Shown here: positions 15,714 through 25,043 of the stretch, in pieces
Layout of the letters: every line of letters starts with the position of its first letter
Numbering within the stretch: the first letter of the stretch is position 1
Assembly: GCA_963582395.1 (NCBI GenBank)
Contig: CAUZTK010000001.1
Coordinates: 1-47,844, forward strand
Direction of reading: 5' to 3'
DNA: 47,844 nucleotides
Source of the DNA: Planctomycetota bacterium
Lineage (GTDB): Bacteria > Planctomycetota > Planctomycetia > Planctomycetales > Planctomycetaceae
The notes under the pieces: model-generated
What the model was told of the DNA's origin: nothing
Database searches by the model: none
The model's input: only the letters and a program-made list of their open reading frames with translations
Position numbers and translations under genes: made by a program

Positions 15714-16673
15714 TCATCGGGCGACGAGTTGTTGCTCTTCCCAAGCGGGCAGGCGCTGGGCGTAGTCGTGGGCCTGAGCCACGAAGTCGACGCCGGCCAG
15801 TTCTTTCCAGGCTTCCGTCAGCCGTCGGAACACGGGTCCCGGCCGGCCGTCACCGACCGGCTGTCCTTCAAAGCTGGCAGCGTGGACCAAGCAATACGTC
15901 GTCGCCGTGCTGAAGAGTTCATCCGCCTGCAGCGCCTCGTAACGGCCGAGGTTTGTCTCCCGCACCGGAATGCCGAGTTTTTGAGACAGCTCAATCGTCA
16001 CCCCGCGGCTGACACCCAACAGAATGTTGCGTGGCTCGGGAGTGTAGAGCACGCCGTCCTTGACCAAAAAAATGTTGTTGCCCGTCCCTTCGGCCAGAAA
16101 CCCGTCGGTATCGAGCATCACCGCCCAGCCGCCCTCACCGATACGAGCCGCCTGCAAGTTGGCCAACTGATAGTGCAAACGGCTGCGGGTTTTGGCCTTG
16201 GGGTCGACCAGATGAGCGGGCAGCGCCTGCTGGGCCGGAATGACCAAATGGGCACCGGTGTCGTAGGTCGCAGCGAAGCCGCCCATGTGCGCGATCAACG
16301 GCCAGCAGTTGATCGTGACCGTCGGCACAAGTCCCTGCGGAAAGACCGAGCGGTAAATTGGCATCGGTCCACGCGAAACGTCGTGCATGATCTGCCAATC
16401 GACGTCATCGGCTTCTGTCCCCCAGTTCCGCTGCAACGTTTCCAGCGTGACCCGTTCCATTTCGTCGATCGATAAACCGCAGTCGATTTCCATCAGCCGC
16501 AGCGACGCATACAGGCGATCGAGGTGTTCACGAATCCTGAACGGCTTGCCCCGGAATGTCCGCGTCATCTCGAACGCCATGTCGCCGAACATCAGTGCCG
16601 AGTCGAAGATCGACACGCGGGCTTCCGATTCGGCAACGTACTGGCCGCTAAAGTAAACGACACGTTCAGACAT
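15714..16673 (-). CDS. class IV aminotransferase (branched-chain / D-amino-acid aminotransferase family)
   Basis: 319-aa ORF. IFDSALMFGDMAFEMTRTF, EGTGNNIFLVKDGVLYTPEPRNILLGVSR. Confidence 0.85.
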   Translation of the reverse strand: MSERVVYFSGQYVAESEARVSIFDSALMFGDMAFEMTRTFRGKPFRIREHLDRLYASLRLMEIDCGLSIDEMERVTLETLQRNWGTEADDVDWQIMHDVSRGPMPIYRSVFPQGLVPTVTINCWPLIAHMGGFAATYDTGAHLVIPAQQALPAHLVDPKAKTRSRLHYQLANLQAARIGEGGWAVMLDTDGFLAEGTGNNIFLVKDGVLYTPEPRNILLGVSRGVTIELSQKLGIPVRETNLGRYEALQADELFSTATTYCLVHAASFEGQPVGDGRPGPVFRRLTEAWKELAGVDFVAQAHDYAQRLPAWEEQQLVAR

Positions 16674-16793
16674 GATAAGTCCTGCCGAAATAAGGGTGGC
16701 TGATTGACCACAGCACGCAAATGGATCATAGTCGGCTCAAATCTACCCGTTTCGATTGCTCTGAACAAGCCGTTACCGTTCTGGTTCAGAGCT

Positions 16794-16839
16794 GGTCAGT
16801 TTTTCATTCTGGGGCATCGGGCAGGTGTCTGGCCCTGTT
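16794..16839 (+). repeat. Dispersed repeat family 3, copy X
   Basis: GGTCAGTTTTTCATTCTGGGGCATCGGGCAGGTGTCTGGCCCTGTT matches 32873-32918. Shares the module CAGGTNTCT-GGNCCTGT with family 2 copy 37334-37375. Confidence 0.75.
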
Positions 16840-16870
16840 CAGAATGGGCCAAACCCCCCTAACTTTGAAT

Positions 16871-18637
16871 ATGATAGCACACTTAACACTGCTCGCCGCC
16901 ACTCGTGGATTACAACCGGCCGACTACGTCGTGGTCGTGATTTATCTGCTCGCCGTTCTCGGCGTCGGTGCCTATTTTTCGCGGCATCGGGAGGGCGAGG
17001 ACTATTTCGTCGCCGGCCGACAGATGCCCTGGTTTGCCGTGGGCCTGAGTCTGGTGGCGACAATGCTCTCGACGCTGACCTACTTGGCTTTTCCCGGTGA
17101 AGTCATTCGGTACGGCGTCGCGATGGCCATTGGCTGGATGGTGTTGCCGCTGTCGTTCGTGGTCGTCAGTTTTATGTGGCTGCCGTTTTTCATGCGGTTT
17201 CGGGTCCCCATCGAAACCGGCCGCACACAACCAGCCGCAGAAATGGACCCGTCGATCGATTTCGGCGGCGAGAGCCTGCCGCCCGGATTCCGCAGGCTGA
17301 CCAGCATCTACGAGTACCTGGAGTTACGGTTCGGGCTGGTGGCCCGCTGGGTGGGCGTGGCGTTGTTCACGTTGATCCTGCGTTTCGGCTGGATGGCTAT
17401 GATTGTGCTGACCGCTTCGCAAGCGGTGGCGCAAATCACCTTCGACAGCGCACAACATGTACTAGGGACAAGTCTGACCCTGCACAACTGGACGGTAAGC
17501 GTACTTTTTTCGGCCGGGGTGCTCGCCACTATCTACACCGTGCTGGGAGGCATCAAAGCGGTGATTTGGACCGACGTGGCCCAGTTCGTGGTCCTGTTTT
17601 TGGGTGCGGTGTTGACGTTGATCTTCGTGGCCGTCGACACACACACCGGGCCCATCGAATGGTGGAAAACCGCCACCGAAGGCGCGGGTCACGAATTCCC
17701 GCCGCTGTGGAGCTGGGACCTGAGCGTGCGGAATACGGTGCTGCTGACCTGCCTACACAGCTTTTTCTGGTACACCTGTACGTTTGTGGGAGATCAGGTG
17801 GCCATGCAGCGATATTTCACCACGCCGACGTTGCGGGCAGCCATTCGGGGAAACGCGGTCAACTTTCTCGCCGATCTGGCCATCATGATTCTGCTGGCGC
17901 TGTGCGGCATGGCGCTGCTGACCTACTACCTGGAATTCCCGATCGAGATTGTGGAGGGAGTCACAGATCCTCGACACGAAAAGGTGGCCGACAAGATCTT
18001 TCCGCACTTCATCGCACATGGTCTGCCGGTCGGCGTTTCCGGGCTGGTGGTGGCGGCCCTGTTTGCCGTCGCCATGTCAAGTCTCGATTCCGGGATGAAC
18101 TCGGTCGCGACGGTGCTGACGGTTGATGTTTTTCGTCGCCTGAAACCCGGCATGAGCGGACGCGAAGAACTGCGACTGGCCCGGTTCTTGACGGTACTGA
18201 TCGGTTTGGGTTGTACCCTGCTGGCCTGGCCCCTGCTGAACATACCCGAGGATTATAACATCATCGGCATCACCGTCCGCACCTTTAATTGTGCGCTCGG
18301 CCCGCTGGCGACGATGTTCGTCGTCGGTTTGTTTCTGCCGTCGGTCGGCCAGCGGGCAGTGGTGATTGCCACCTGTTGCGGACTGGCGGTGGCCGTCGCA
18401 GTTGCGTGGTGGGCCGAATTGATCTGGCTGGCAGGATGGACGGAATTCGCAGTTTTGCAGGAAGTCGTCGAACACGTCCCTCGACCTAGCCTATTTCTGG
18501 TGACCCCATTGGCGGCGACCGCGACGTTTCTCATCGCGGCGGTGCTGGGGGCGCTGTTGCCGCATGCCGACCCGAAACAATCTCTGCCTTTGACCTGGCG
18601 GGCGGTTGTCTTTGGCGAAGGACAAAGTGGCGAGTGA
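16871..18637 (+). CDS. sodium:solute symporter (SSS) family transporter
   Basis: Multi-TM protein with SSS hallmarks (YFVAGRQMPWFAVGLSLVATMLSTLTYLAFPG, GGIKAVIWTDVAQ). The table ORF starts at 16721, but that leader runs through an intergenic repeat; ATG 16871 (MIAHLTLL) fits better. Confidence 0.85.
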   Translation: MIAHLTLLAATRGLQPADYVVVVIYLLAVLGVGAYFSRHREGEDYFVAGRQMPWFAVGLSLVATMLSTLTYLAFPGEVIRYGVAMAIGWMVLPLSFVVVSFMWLPFFMRFRVPIETGRTQPAAEMDPSIDFGGESLPPGFRRLTSIYEYLELRFGLVARWVGVALFTLILRFGWMAMIVLTASQAVAQITFDSAQHVLGTSLTLHNWTVSVLFSAGVLATIYTVLGGIKAVIWTDVAQFVVLFLGAVLTLIFVAVDTHTGPIEWWKTATEGAGHEFPPLWSWDLSVRNTVLLTCLHSFFWYTCTFVGDQVAMQRYFTTPTLRAAIRGNAVNFLADLAIMILLALCGMALLTYYLEFPIEIVEGVTDPRHEKVADKIFPHFIAHGLPVGVSGLVVAALFAVAMSSLDSGMNSVATVLTVDVFRRLKPGMSGREELRLARFLTVLIGLGCTLLAWPLLNIPEDYNIIGITVRTFNCALGPLATMFVVGLFLPSVGQRAVVIATCCGLAVAVAVAWWAELIWLAGWTEFAVLQEVVEHVPRPSLFLVTPLAATATFLIAAVLGALLPHADPKQSLPLTWRAVVFGEGQSGE

Positions 18638-18659
18638 TGAGTGGGGGAGTGATGAGACC

Positions 18660-19454
18660 ATGTCTGTACACGAAATTCAAGCCATCGACGTTCACGGTCA
18701 CTATGGTCCCTATCGGCGGGGGCAGCAGCTCATCGACCGCTTCTTGACTCTTGATGCCGCTGGCGTCGTAGCCCGGGCGCGTTTGGCCGAGACCCGGCTG
18801 ACGATCGTCTCGCCACTCTCCGGACTGCTGCCACGCAACGAGGCCGACGCATTCGCGGCCAACGAGGAGGCCGCACAAATCGTCGCCGAGACCGAGGGCC
18901 TGCTGCAATGGGTCATCGTCCATCCGCTTCAGCCGAAAACCTTCGAGCAAGCCCGCCGGATGCTCGGGCATCCGAAATGTGTCGGGATCAAGATCCATCC
19001 TGAAGAGCACTGTTACCCGATTCGCGAACACGGCCGAACGTTGTTCGAGTTCGCGGCCGAATTCGATGCCGTGCTGTTGGCGCACAGTGGCGATCCGAAC
19101 AGTTCGCCTGGTGATTTTGTCTCCTTTGCGAACGCGCATACTAATGTCAGGCTGATTTTGGCGCATCTGGGCAACGGCGGTGCCGCCTACGGAGACCCTA
19201 CTTTGCAAGTGCGGGCAATTCAGGAGTGCCGAAACGGCAACATCTTTGTCGACACTTCCAGTGCGCGCTCCATCACCCCCGGCTTGATTGAATGGGCGGT
19301 CGCCGAGATCAGTTCGGAGAGGATATTATTCGGCACCGATACGCCGCTCTACTTTGCGCCGATGCAACGGATACGCATCGATCAGGCCGACATCAGTGAC
19401 GACGACAAACGCCGCATCCTCTGCAAAAACGCCGAGGAGTTGTGGGGACTGTAG
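18660..19454 (+). CDS. amidohydrolase-2 (TIM-barrel metal-dependent hydrolase) family protein
   Basis: AIDVHGHYGP, LLAHSGD, ILFGTDTP. ATG 18660 lies 23 nt after the SSS stop; the table start 18606 overlaps the SSS gene. Confidence 0.8.
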   Translation: MSVHEIQAIDVHGHYGPYRRGQQLIDRFLTLDAAGVVARARLAETRLTIVSPLSGLLPRNEADAFAANEEAAQIVAETEGLLQWVIVHPLQPKTFEQARRMLGHPKCVGIKIHPEEHCYPIREHGRTLFEFAAEFDAVLLAHSGDPNSSPGDFVSFANAHTNVRLILAHLGNGGAAYGDPTLQVRAIQECRNGNIFVDTSSARSITPGLIEWAVAEISSERILFGTDTPLYFAPMQRIRIDQADISDDDKRRILCKNAEELWGL

Positions 19455-19643
19455 ACTGGTTCCCCGGCCAGCTCGCAACGAAAGCCAGGTACACAGGCCA
19501 CAATGTCGTTCCGGAAAATGAGGGACGCGACACATCTTGAACATGAGAGGAACCAGCCATGAGAATCCATTCGATCGACGCGATGCCGCGTCTGGCGGTC
19601 GTCTGCACAGTGACCTTGGGCTTGGCCTGTCACGCTCCAGCCG

Positions 19644-20606
19644 TTGCCGGCGGAAACTGAGGCGCCGATCAAGCGGAACCCCATCACGGTCATTCACCCA
19701 CAACGGCTGCCGGCCAAAAACATTCCGGCCCGGCGCACGCCCTTGGATATTCCGAATGATTATAATCCCTGGCTGGACGGCGATCGGCTGCTGATGGTGG
19801 CCTTCTGCTTTGGTGGTGTGCCCAGCAACAAATTCGCGAAGCGGCAGCCGTATTTGGAACGGGCCGTCTTCTGGCGCTCCACCGACGGCGGCAAGTCGTG
19901 GGGACCACGGGAAGAGCGGTCCGAGATTCACGGGCGGGAGTTTGCAATGATCCGTCTTTCCGACGGGACGCTGCTGATGCCCTGCCACTTTCTGGGGCAA
20001 GACGCCGCCAACAAAACGGGCCATACCTACAGCAAATTGTTTCGCTCAACAGATGACGGCAAATCATGGACCGAGACGCGGATCAGTCCGGCGGGCTTTC
20101 CTCCGAAAGCGGGAACATCCACCGACTGGACCGTGATCGAAATTCCCGAAAAAAACTCGCCCGGAAAAATGCAGGTCCTGTTCGGAGTCAGCATGCAGCA
20201 CGGCAAGCAGTTGGCACCGTCACATGTTGCTTTGTGGCGATCGCGGGACAGCGGCCACACTTGGGACAAAACCCTGAATCCGGACACCCGAAACTGGATC
20301 GACGTCGATGGTTTCTTTTCGCAGTCGGCCACGTACCGTGCCCGTTCGGGAAAGCTGCTGCACGCCTTGCGTGTCGACCGCACCGGTCCCCACTGGAAAC
20401 TGCCGGTCGCAAAGTCCCTCAAGAAGGAAGCCGGCGATCAGGGAGACCGCATGATGCTCTGGGAATCGACCGACGACGGTGCCCACTGGCGAAAACACCA
20501 CGAACAGGGGACCTTTCGGAACCTACGGCGAAATGTATCCGCGGTTTCAGAGGCTTGCCGACAGCCGGTTGCTGCTGACCTTTACCGTCCGCAGCAACTC
20601 GACTGA
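19644..20606 (+). pseudogene. BNR-repeat sialidase-like glycoside hydrolase, fragment 1
   Basis: BNR (SxDxGxxW) repeats WRSTDGGKSWG, FRSTDDGKSWT, WRSRDSGHTWD, WESTDDGAHW. A good signal peptide (MRIHSIDAMPRLAVVCTVTLGLACHAPAVAGGN*, ATG 19559 after GAGAGG) lies in another frame and stops at 19660. Confidence 0.75.
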
Positions 20607-20847
20607 CGGTCATCCGCTCGGGCTGCGGGCCATCATCAGCTATGACGACGGCGAAAATTGGGACTTCATCCGCGACCGCATCGTCATCGACGATCAAAAT
20701 CGAGGCGCCAGCGGAGGTGGGTTCGGAAACACCGTCCAGTCCAGCGACGGGGCGTTCGTCTCCTGCTACAGCTATCGCGGAAGCGACGGAAAAACCCACA
20801 TCGAAGCGGTCCGCTGGCGGCTGCCGGAATCAAAACCGGCAAAGTGA
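20479..20847 (+). pseudogene. BNR-repeat sialidase-like glycoside hydrolase, fragment 2 (C-terminal part, different frame)
   Basis: GPFGTYGEMYPRFQRLADSRLLLTFTVR...ISYDDGENW...SSDGAFVSCYSY continues the propeller. The frame switch relative to fragment 1 is near the GGGG run at ~20505-20512. Confidence 0.75.
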
Positions 20848-21424
20848 CGGCGGCTGATAGCGATCGACGATATCCAGCTCACTTCTGAACGACGCAGATT
20901 GCGTAAGAATCCCGATAGGTGGAAGTGGTCGAGTTTTCGATCATACATCCGGCCCGATGACTCGGGTGTGCGGCCAGAATTTTTGGCACTCTGAACCCGG
21001 GTAACCCGACCGACTTGCGGTCGGGTGCCGTCAGGCACAAGAAATCCGTCCCTCGACGGACAACAAGAAAAAATGTCATTTTTCTGATTGGAAAGCGAAT
21101 AGCACAGGATTCTTGTCGCTGCGCGACCCGGCCACGAGATGGCCGGGCCACCCCAGACCTCTTTTGCACTGTCAGAGAAACTTGCCATACACTAACTCGG
21201 CCGATTCTGATCTGCCCACAGTTTTCGGTTTTCCGCACGCTCACATCGACAACTTTTCCGCAGAATTGTGATAGGATGGTCTCTCACAGATCGCCGCGGA
21301 CCGGTTGAATCGGAAGTCTGAGAGGTGAATCATATCAACGGCGCCAAAAACAAAACTCACGCCGCAAGAGTACCTTGCCATCGAATGCAAAGCGGAGACC
21401 AAGAGTGAATACTTCGACGGCGAG

Positions 21425-21934
21425 ATGTTTGCCATGGTTTGCGCAAGCCGCAAGCACAATCTCATCACTGTCAACATTGTTAGTGAACTGCACACTCAAT
21501 TGAAGAAGGGCGATTGTGAGGTGTACGTCGGCGATATGCGGGTCAAAATCGATCCGACAGGGCTTTACACCTATCCCGACGTGGTCGTGACCTGCGACGA
21601 GTCGCAATTTGAAGATGACGAGCTGGATATGCTGTTGAATCCGATGTTGCTCATCGAAGTCCTTTCCAAATCGACCGAAGCCTACGACCGCGGACGGAAG
21701 TTCGCCCATTACCGGAAACTGGGTCCTCTTCGCGAATACGTGTTGATTTCACAGCAGAAGCATCACGTCGAACATTTCGCTCGGCAGCCTGACAATCAGT
21801 GGCTGCTCTCGGAAACGACCGATCCGAGGGGCCGGGTTGTGCTGCCCGGCATCGACTGCACGCTATCGATGGCCGAGGTCTACGACAAGGTGGACATCGA
21901 CGCATCTGCTGAGGATTATAGAGACAATGAGTGA
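21425..21934 (+). CDS. Uma2-family (DUF820) putative endonuclease, N-terminus unresolved
   Basis: Uma2-like core YTYPDVVVTCDE...LLIEVLSKSTEAYDRGRKFAHYRKL..EYVLISQ. The frame stays open upstream to 21338 (KLTPQEYLAIECKAETKSEYFDGEMFAM), which is typical family N-terminus, but with no ATG/GTG/TTG in that stretch. Confidence 0.75.
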   Translation: MFAMVCASRKHNLITVNIVSELHTQLKKGDCEVYVGDMRVKIDPTGLYTYPDVVVTCDESQFEDDELDMLLNPMLLIEVLSKSTEAYDRGRKFAHYRKLGPLREYVLISQQKHHVEHFARQPDNQWLLSETTDPRGRVVLPGIDCTLSMAEVYDKVDIDASAEDYRDNE

Positions 21935-23912
21935 TTTTGCAGCGCAACATCCGTCGCTGGCCGAGTTCGACGTGGTCGTGACCCGCAACGTCATGGTTGA
22001 AATGCGAGACGGCGTGAAGCTGGCAACCGATATTTATCGGCCGGCCCGTGACGGCGAGCCGATTCCCGGCCCGCTGTCCGTGCTGCTTTACCGCACTCCC
22101 TACAACAAGGATGAAGTCGAGGCGGCGCTCGGTTACAACCGTTGGTTCACCCGGCGGGGCTACATTTGTGTCACGCAGGATTGTCGCGGCTGCTACGCCT
22201 CGCAGGGACGTGTGAATTTTCTGTTTCCCGAAGCGCAGGACGGGTTCGACACACTCGGATGGATCGACCGGCAGCCTTGGAGTCACGGCAAGGTCGGTTC
22301 CTGGGGGACATCCTGGTCCGGTTGGACACAGACAGCCATGGCGGCGCTCGGCCCCCAGAACCTGGTCGCTATGGTGCCGAACATGAGCGGAGCCGACGCT
22401 CATCAGTGTACCGTGCGTCACAACGGGACGATGGAGTTGCGGTTCTTGGCCTGGGCGTTCTGGCATTCCGCCTCCAACACTCAGGCCGAACTCAAGAAAG
22501 ACCCTTGGATCGATCCGGCGCTGAACCTGGGGGCGACCAATTTTCATGACTGGCTGCAGCGGATGCCAATTCGACGCGGACAGACGCAGTTGGCCTTGGT
22601 CGAGCCGTATGAAGAGTGGGCCTTCGAGATCTTCACGCACGCCGACCGAGACGAATACTGGAAACATCCCAGCGTCTGTCCGCGCGAGCACTGGGATAAT
22701 TTTCCTGAGGCAGCCATTCTGCTGATCGGCGGTTGGTACGATTCCTACACCCGTGCCACCTTCGACAATTTCGTCGGCCTCGCCTCACGGAACAAACGGG
22801 TGTGCGTGCTGGTCGGACCGTGGACGCACGGTTCGGAGACGACCGAGCTGACCTATGCTGGCGACGTCGAATTCGGTCAAGATGCGGCGCTCGAAAGTTT
22901 CAAGCAGTTGCATCTGGAGTGGTTTGACCGGAACTTGAAACCAGCAGGACAAGATGCGCCGGCGATTACCAACGATCAACGGCCGCCGGTGCGGATCTTC
23001 GTGATGGGAGGCGGCTCCGGGGAACGGACACCGTCGGGGCGGCTGATGCATGGCGGCCGTTGGCGGGACGAGTCGGAGTGGCCGTTGGCTTGCGCGCAGT
23101 TAACGCCGTTTTATTTACACGCCGACGGATCTCTGCGAAGCGAACCGCCCGTTGAGGAAAATTCTTCGACCAGCTATCGATTCGATCCGTCGCAGCCGGT
23201 CCCTTCCATCGGTGGAAACGTTTCATCATTGAACGAAGTGGGGCCCCTGCCCTCGGGTATCGCCGATGCCGCTTATGCACCTCGTAACAGCCGCAACCAA
23301 GAGATCATGTCGCCGGGCGGTTTTGACCAGCACGAAAGCCAGCGGTTCTTCGGGTGCCACCCGCCCTATTTGCCACTCGGTTCGCGGCCGGATGTCTTGG
23401 TCTTTCAAACGCCGCTGCTGGATGACGACGTCGAAGTCACCGGGCCCATTGAGATGCACCTGTGGGTCTCGTCGTCGGCCGCGGACACCGATTTCACGGC
23501 CAAGCTGATCGACGTCTACCCCCCAAGCGCTTGGTATCCGCGCGGCTACGCTCTGAATCTGACCGATTCGATCGTTCGCTTACGTTACCGTAACGATTGC
23601 GAGCGTCCCGATTTCCTGCCGCCGGGCGAAGTCGACCGGATGACGATCACGCTCTACCCGACCAGCAACGTGTTCGTCCGGGGGCACCGCATTCGGTTAG
23701 ACATCTCCAGTTCCAACTTTCCCCGGTTCGACGTGAACCCGAACACCGGCGAGCCAATCGGCTTAGATCGCCGACGCGTCGCGGCCGATAACACCGTTTT
23801 TCACGAGCAGAAGCGAAGTTCGCACATCGTGCTGCCCATCATTCCGGGGACCATCAACCACAGCCCATCGGCCACCGCTGCGCGTGAGAAATCCCCAGAA
23901 CCGAGACGCTGA
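21927..23912 (+). CDS. CocE/NonD-family hydrolase (S15 X-Pro dipeptidyl-peptidase-like)
   Basis: VEMRDGVKLATDIYRP, nucleophile elbow GSWGTSWSG, C-terminal beta-sandwich HRIRLDISSSNFPRFDVNPNTG. ATG 21927 overlaps the Uma2 stop (ATGAGTGA). Confidence 0.85.
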   Translation: MSDFAAQHPSLAEFDVVVTRNVMVEMRDGVKLATDIYRPARDGEPIPGPLSVLLYRTPYNKDEVEAALGYNRWFTRRGYICVTQDCRGCYASQGRVNFLFPEAQDGFDTLGWIDRQPWSHGKVGSWGTSWSGWTQTAMAALGPQNLVAMVPNMSGADAHQCTVRHNGTMELRFLAWAFWHSASNTQAELKKDPWIDPALNLGATNFHDWLQRMPIRRGQTQLALVEPYEEWAFEIFTHADRDEYWKHPSVCPREHWDNFPEAAILLIGGWYDSYTRATFDNFVGLASRNKRVCVLVGPWTHGSETTELTYAGDVEFGQDAALESFKQLHLEWFDRNLKPAGQDAPAITNDQRPPVRIFVMGGGSGERTPSGRLMHGGRWRDESEWPLACAQLTPFYLHADGSLRSEPPVEENSSTSYRFDPSQPVPSIGGNVSSLNEVGPLPSGIADAAYAPRNSRNQEIMSPGGFDQHESQRFFGCHPPYLPLGSRPDVLVFQTPLLDDDVEVTGPIEMHLWVSSSAADTDFTAKLIDVYPPSAWYPRGYALNLTDSIVRLRYRNDCERPDFLPPGEVDRMTITLYPTSNVFVRGHRIRLDISSSNFPRFDVNPNTGEPIGLDRRRVAADNTVFHEQKRSSHIVLPIIPGTINHSPSATAAREKSPEPRR

Positions 23913-23959
23913 ATGTAGTGTCAGCAAATGTTGGTTCAATCGGGTGTGCTGAACCACTA

Positions 23960-24020
23960 GCAGCCAGTTGAAAAAGGGGGCCATCCATGGGGGTACATCT
24001 TTCCTTTTTCAACAGGCTGC
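23960..24020. other. long inverted repeat (18-nt arms, one mismatch, 25-nt loop)
   Basis: GCAGCCAGTTGAAAAAGG (23960-23977) and CCTTTTTCAACAGGCTGC (24003-24020), between the CocE stop and the next gene. No U-tract follows. Confidence 0.7.
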
Positions 24021-24115
24021 TAAGCCGACCAAGACTGCGATGTGTTAATTGACCAGACCTGCTTCTGGGCGCCCTGTGCGTTGTAGTTAGTCGTCTCAGG
24101 TTTACACTGTAATAT

Positions 24116-24910
24116 ATGATTGATCGCAGTTCCTTACAAACGGGCCAACAGGTTCGCCGTGCCTGCCGTCGCGGTGAACTCACCGAACAGACCGCCGGGC
24201 TGGCTCCGGGACTTGCGCAGGCCAACCTGGTGATTCTGCCGGACGAGCTGGCCTTTGATTTTCTGCTCTTTTGTCGGCAGAACCCGAAGCCCTGCCCGTT
24301 GCTGGAGGTGATTGAGGCGGGCAGTCCGATCCCGAAAACCGTCGCGGCAGAGGCCGATCTGCGGACCGATCTGCCGCGGTACCGTGTTTGGGAGAACGGC
24401 GAGTTGGTCGACGAACCGACCGACATTCGTGACCGCTGGCGCGACAACTTCGTCAGTTTTTTGATCGGCTGTTCGTTCACCTTTGAGGCGGCGCTGCTGC
24501 GGGCTGGTGTTCCGATCAGGCATCTTGAAACCAACGTCACCGTGCCCATGTTCCGAACCAACATCCCCTGCAGCCCGGCCGGAATTTTCCAGGGACCTAT
24601 GGTCGTCTCGATGCGGCCTCTGAAATCGTCCGATGCGATTCGAGCGGTGCAAATCACCTCACGATATCCCGCGGTGCATGGTGCCCCGGTACACTTGGGG
24701 TTGCCGGCGCAGATCGGCATTGCCGATCTTGCTCGTCCCGATTTCGGCGAGACCGTCGAGGTCCACGACGACGAACTCCCCGTCTTCTGGGCCTGTGGTG
24801 TCACGCCGCAGGCGGTGGTGATGGCCGTGAAGCCGCCGCTGGTGATCACGCACAGCCCGGGCTGTATGTTCGTGACCGACGTCGCGGATGAAACGCTGGC
24901 CGTAGGCTAA
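24116..24910 (+). CDS. DUF1445/UPF0317 putative hydro-lyase (D-glutamate cyclase-like)
   Basis: 264-aa [48 protein letters not shown], all characteristic of the family. Confidence 0.8.
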   Translation: MIDRSSLQTGQQVRRACRRGELTEQTAGLAPGLAQANLVILPDELAFDFLLFCRQNPKPCPLLEVIEAGSPIPKTVAAEADLRTDLPRYRVWENGELVDEPTDIRDRWRDNFVSFLIGCSFTFEAALLRAGVPIRHLETNVTVPMFRTNIPCSPAGIFQGPMVVSMRPLKSSDAIRAVQITSRYPAVHGAPVHLGLPAQIGIADLARPDFGETVEVHDDELPVFWACGVTPQAVVMAVKPPLVITHSPGCMFVTDVADETLAVG

Positions 24911-25043
24911 GTGATGATGTTACTATGCCCTGCGACCGACGTCGGGTGGCCGGTCCTGTACCATTAGAAAGGCCCGAAATCTTCGGATTTGGACCGTCGC
25001 ATTCGCTCTGACCCAGCGACATGAGAATGAAAGAAACCGGACA

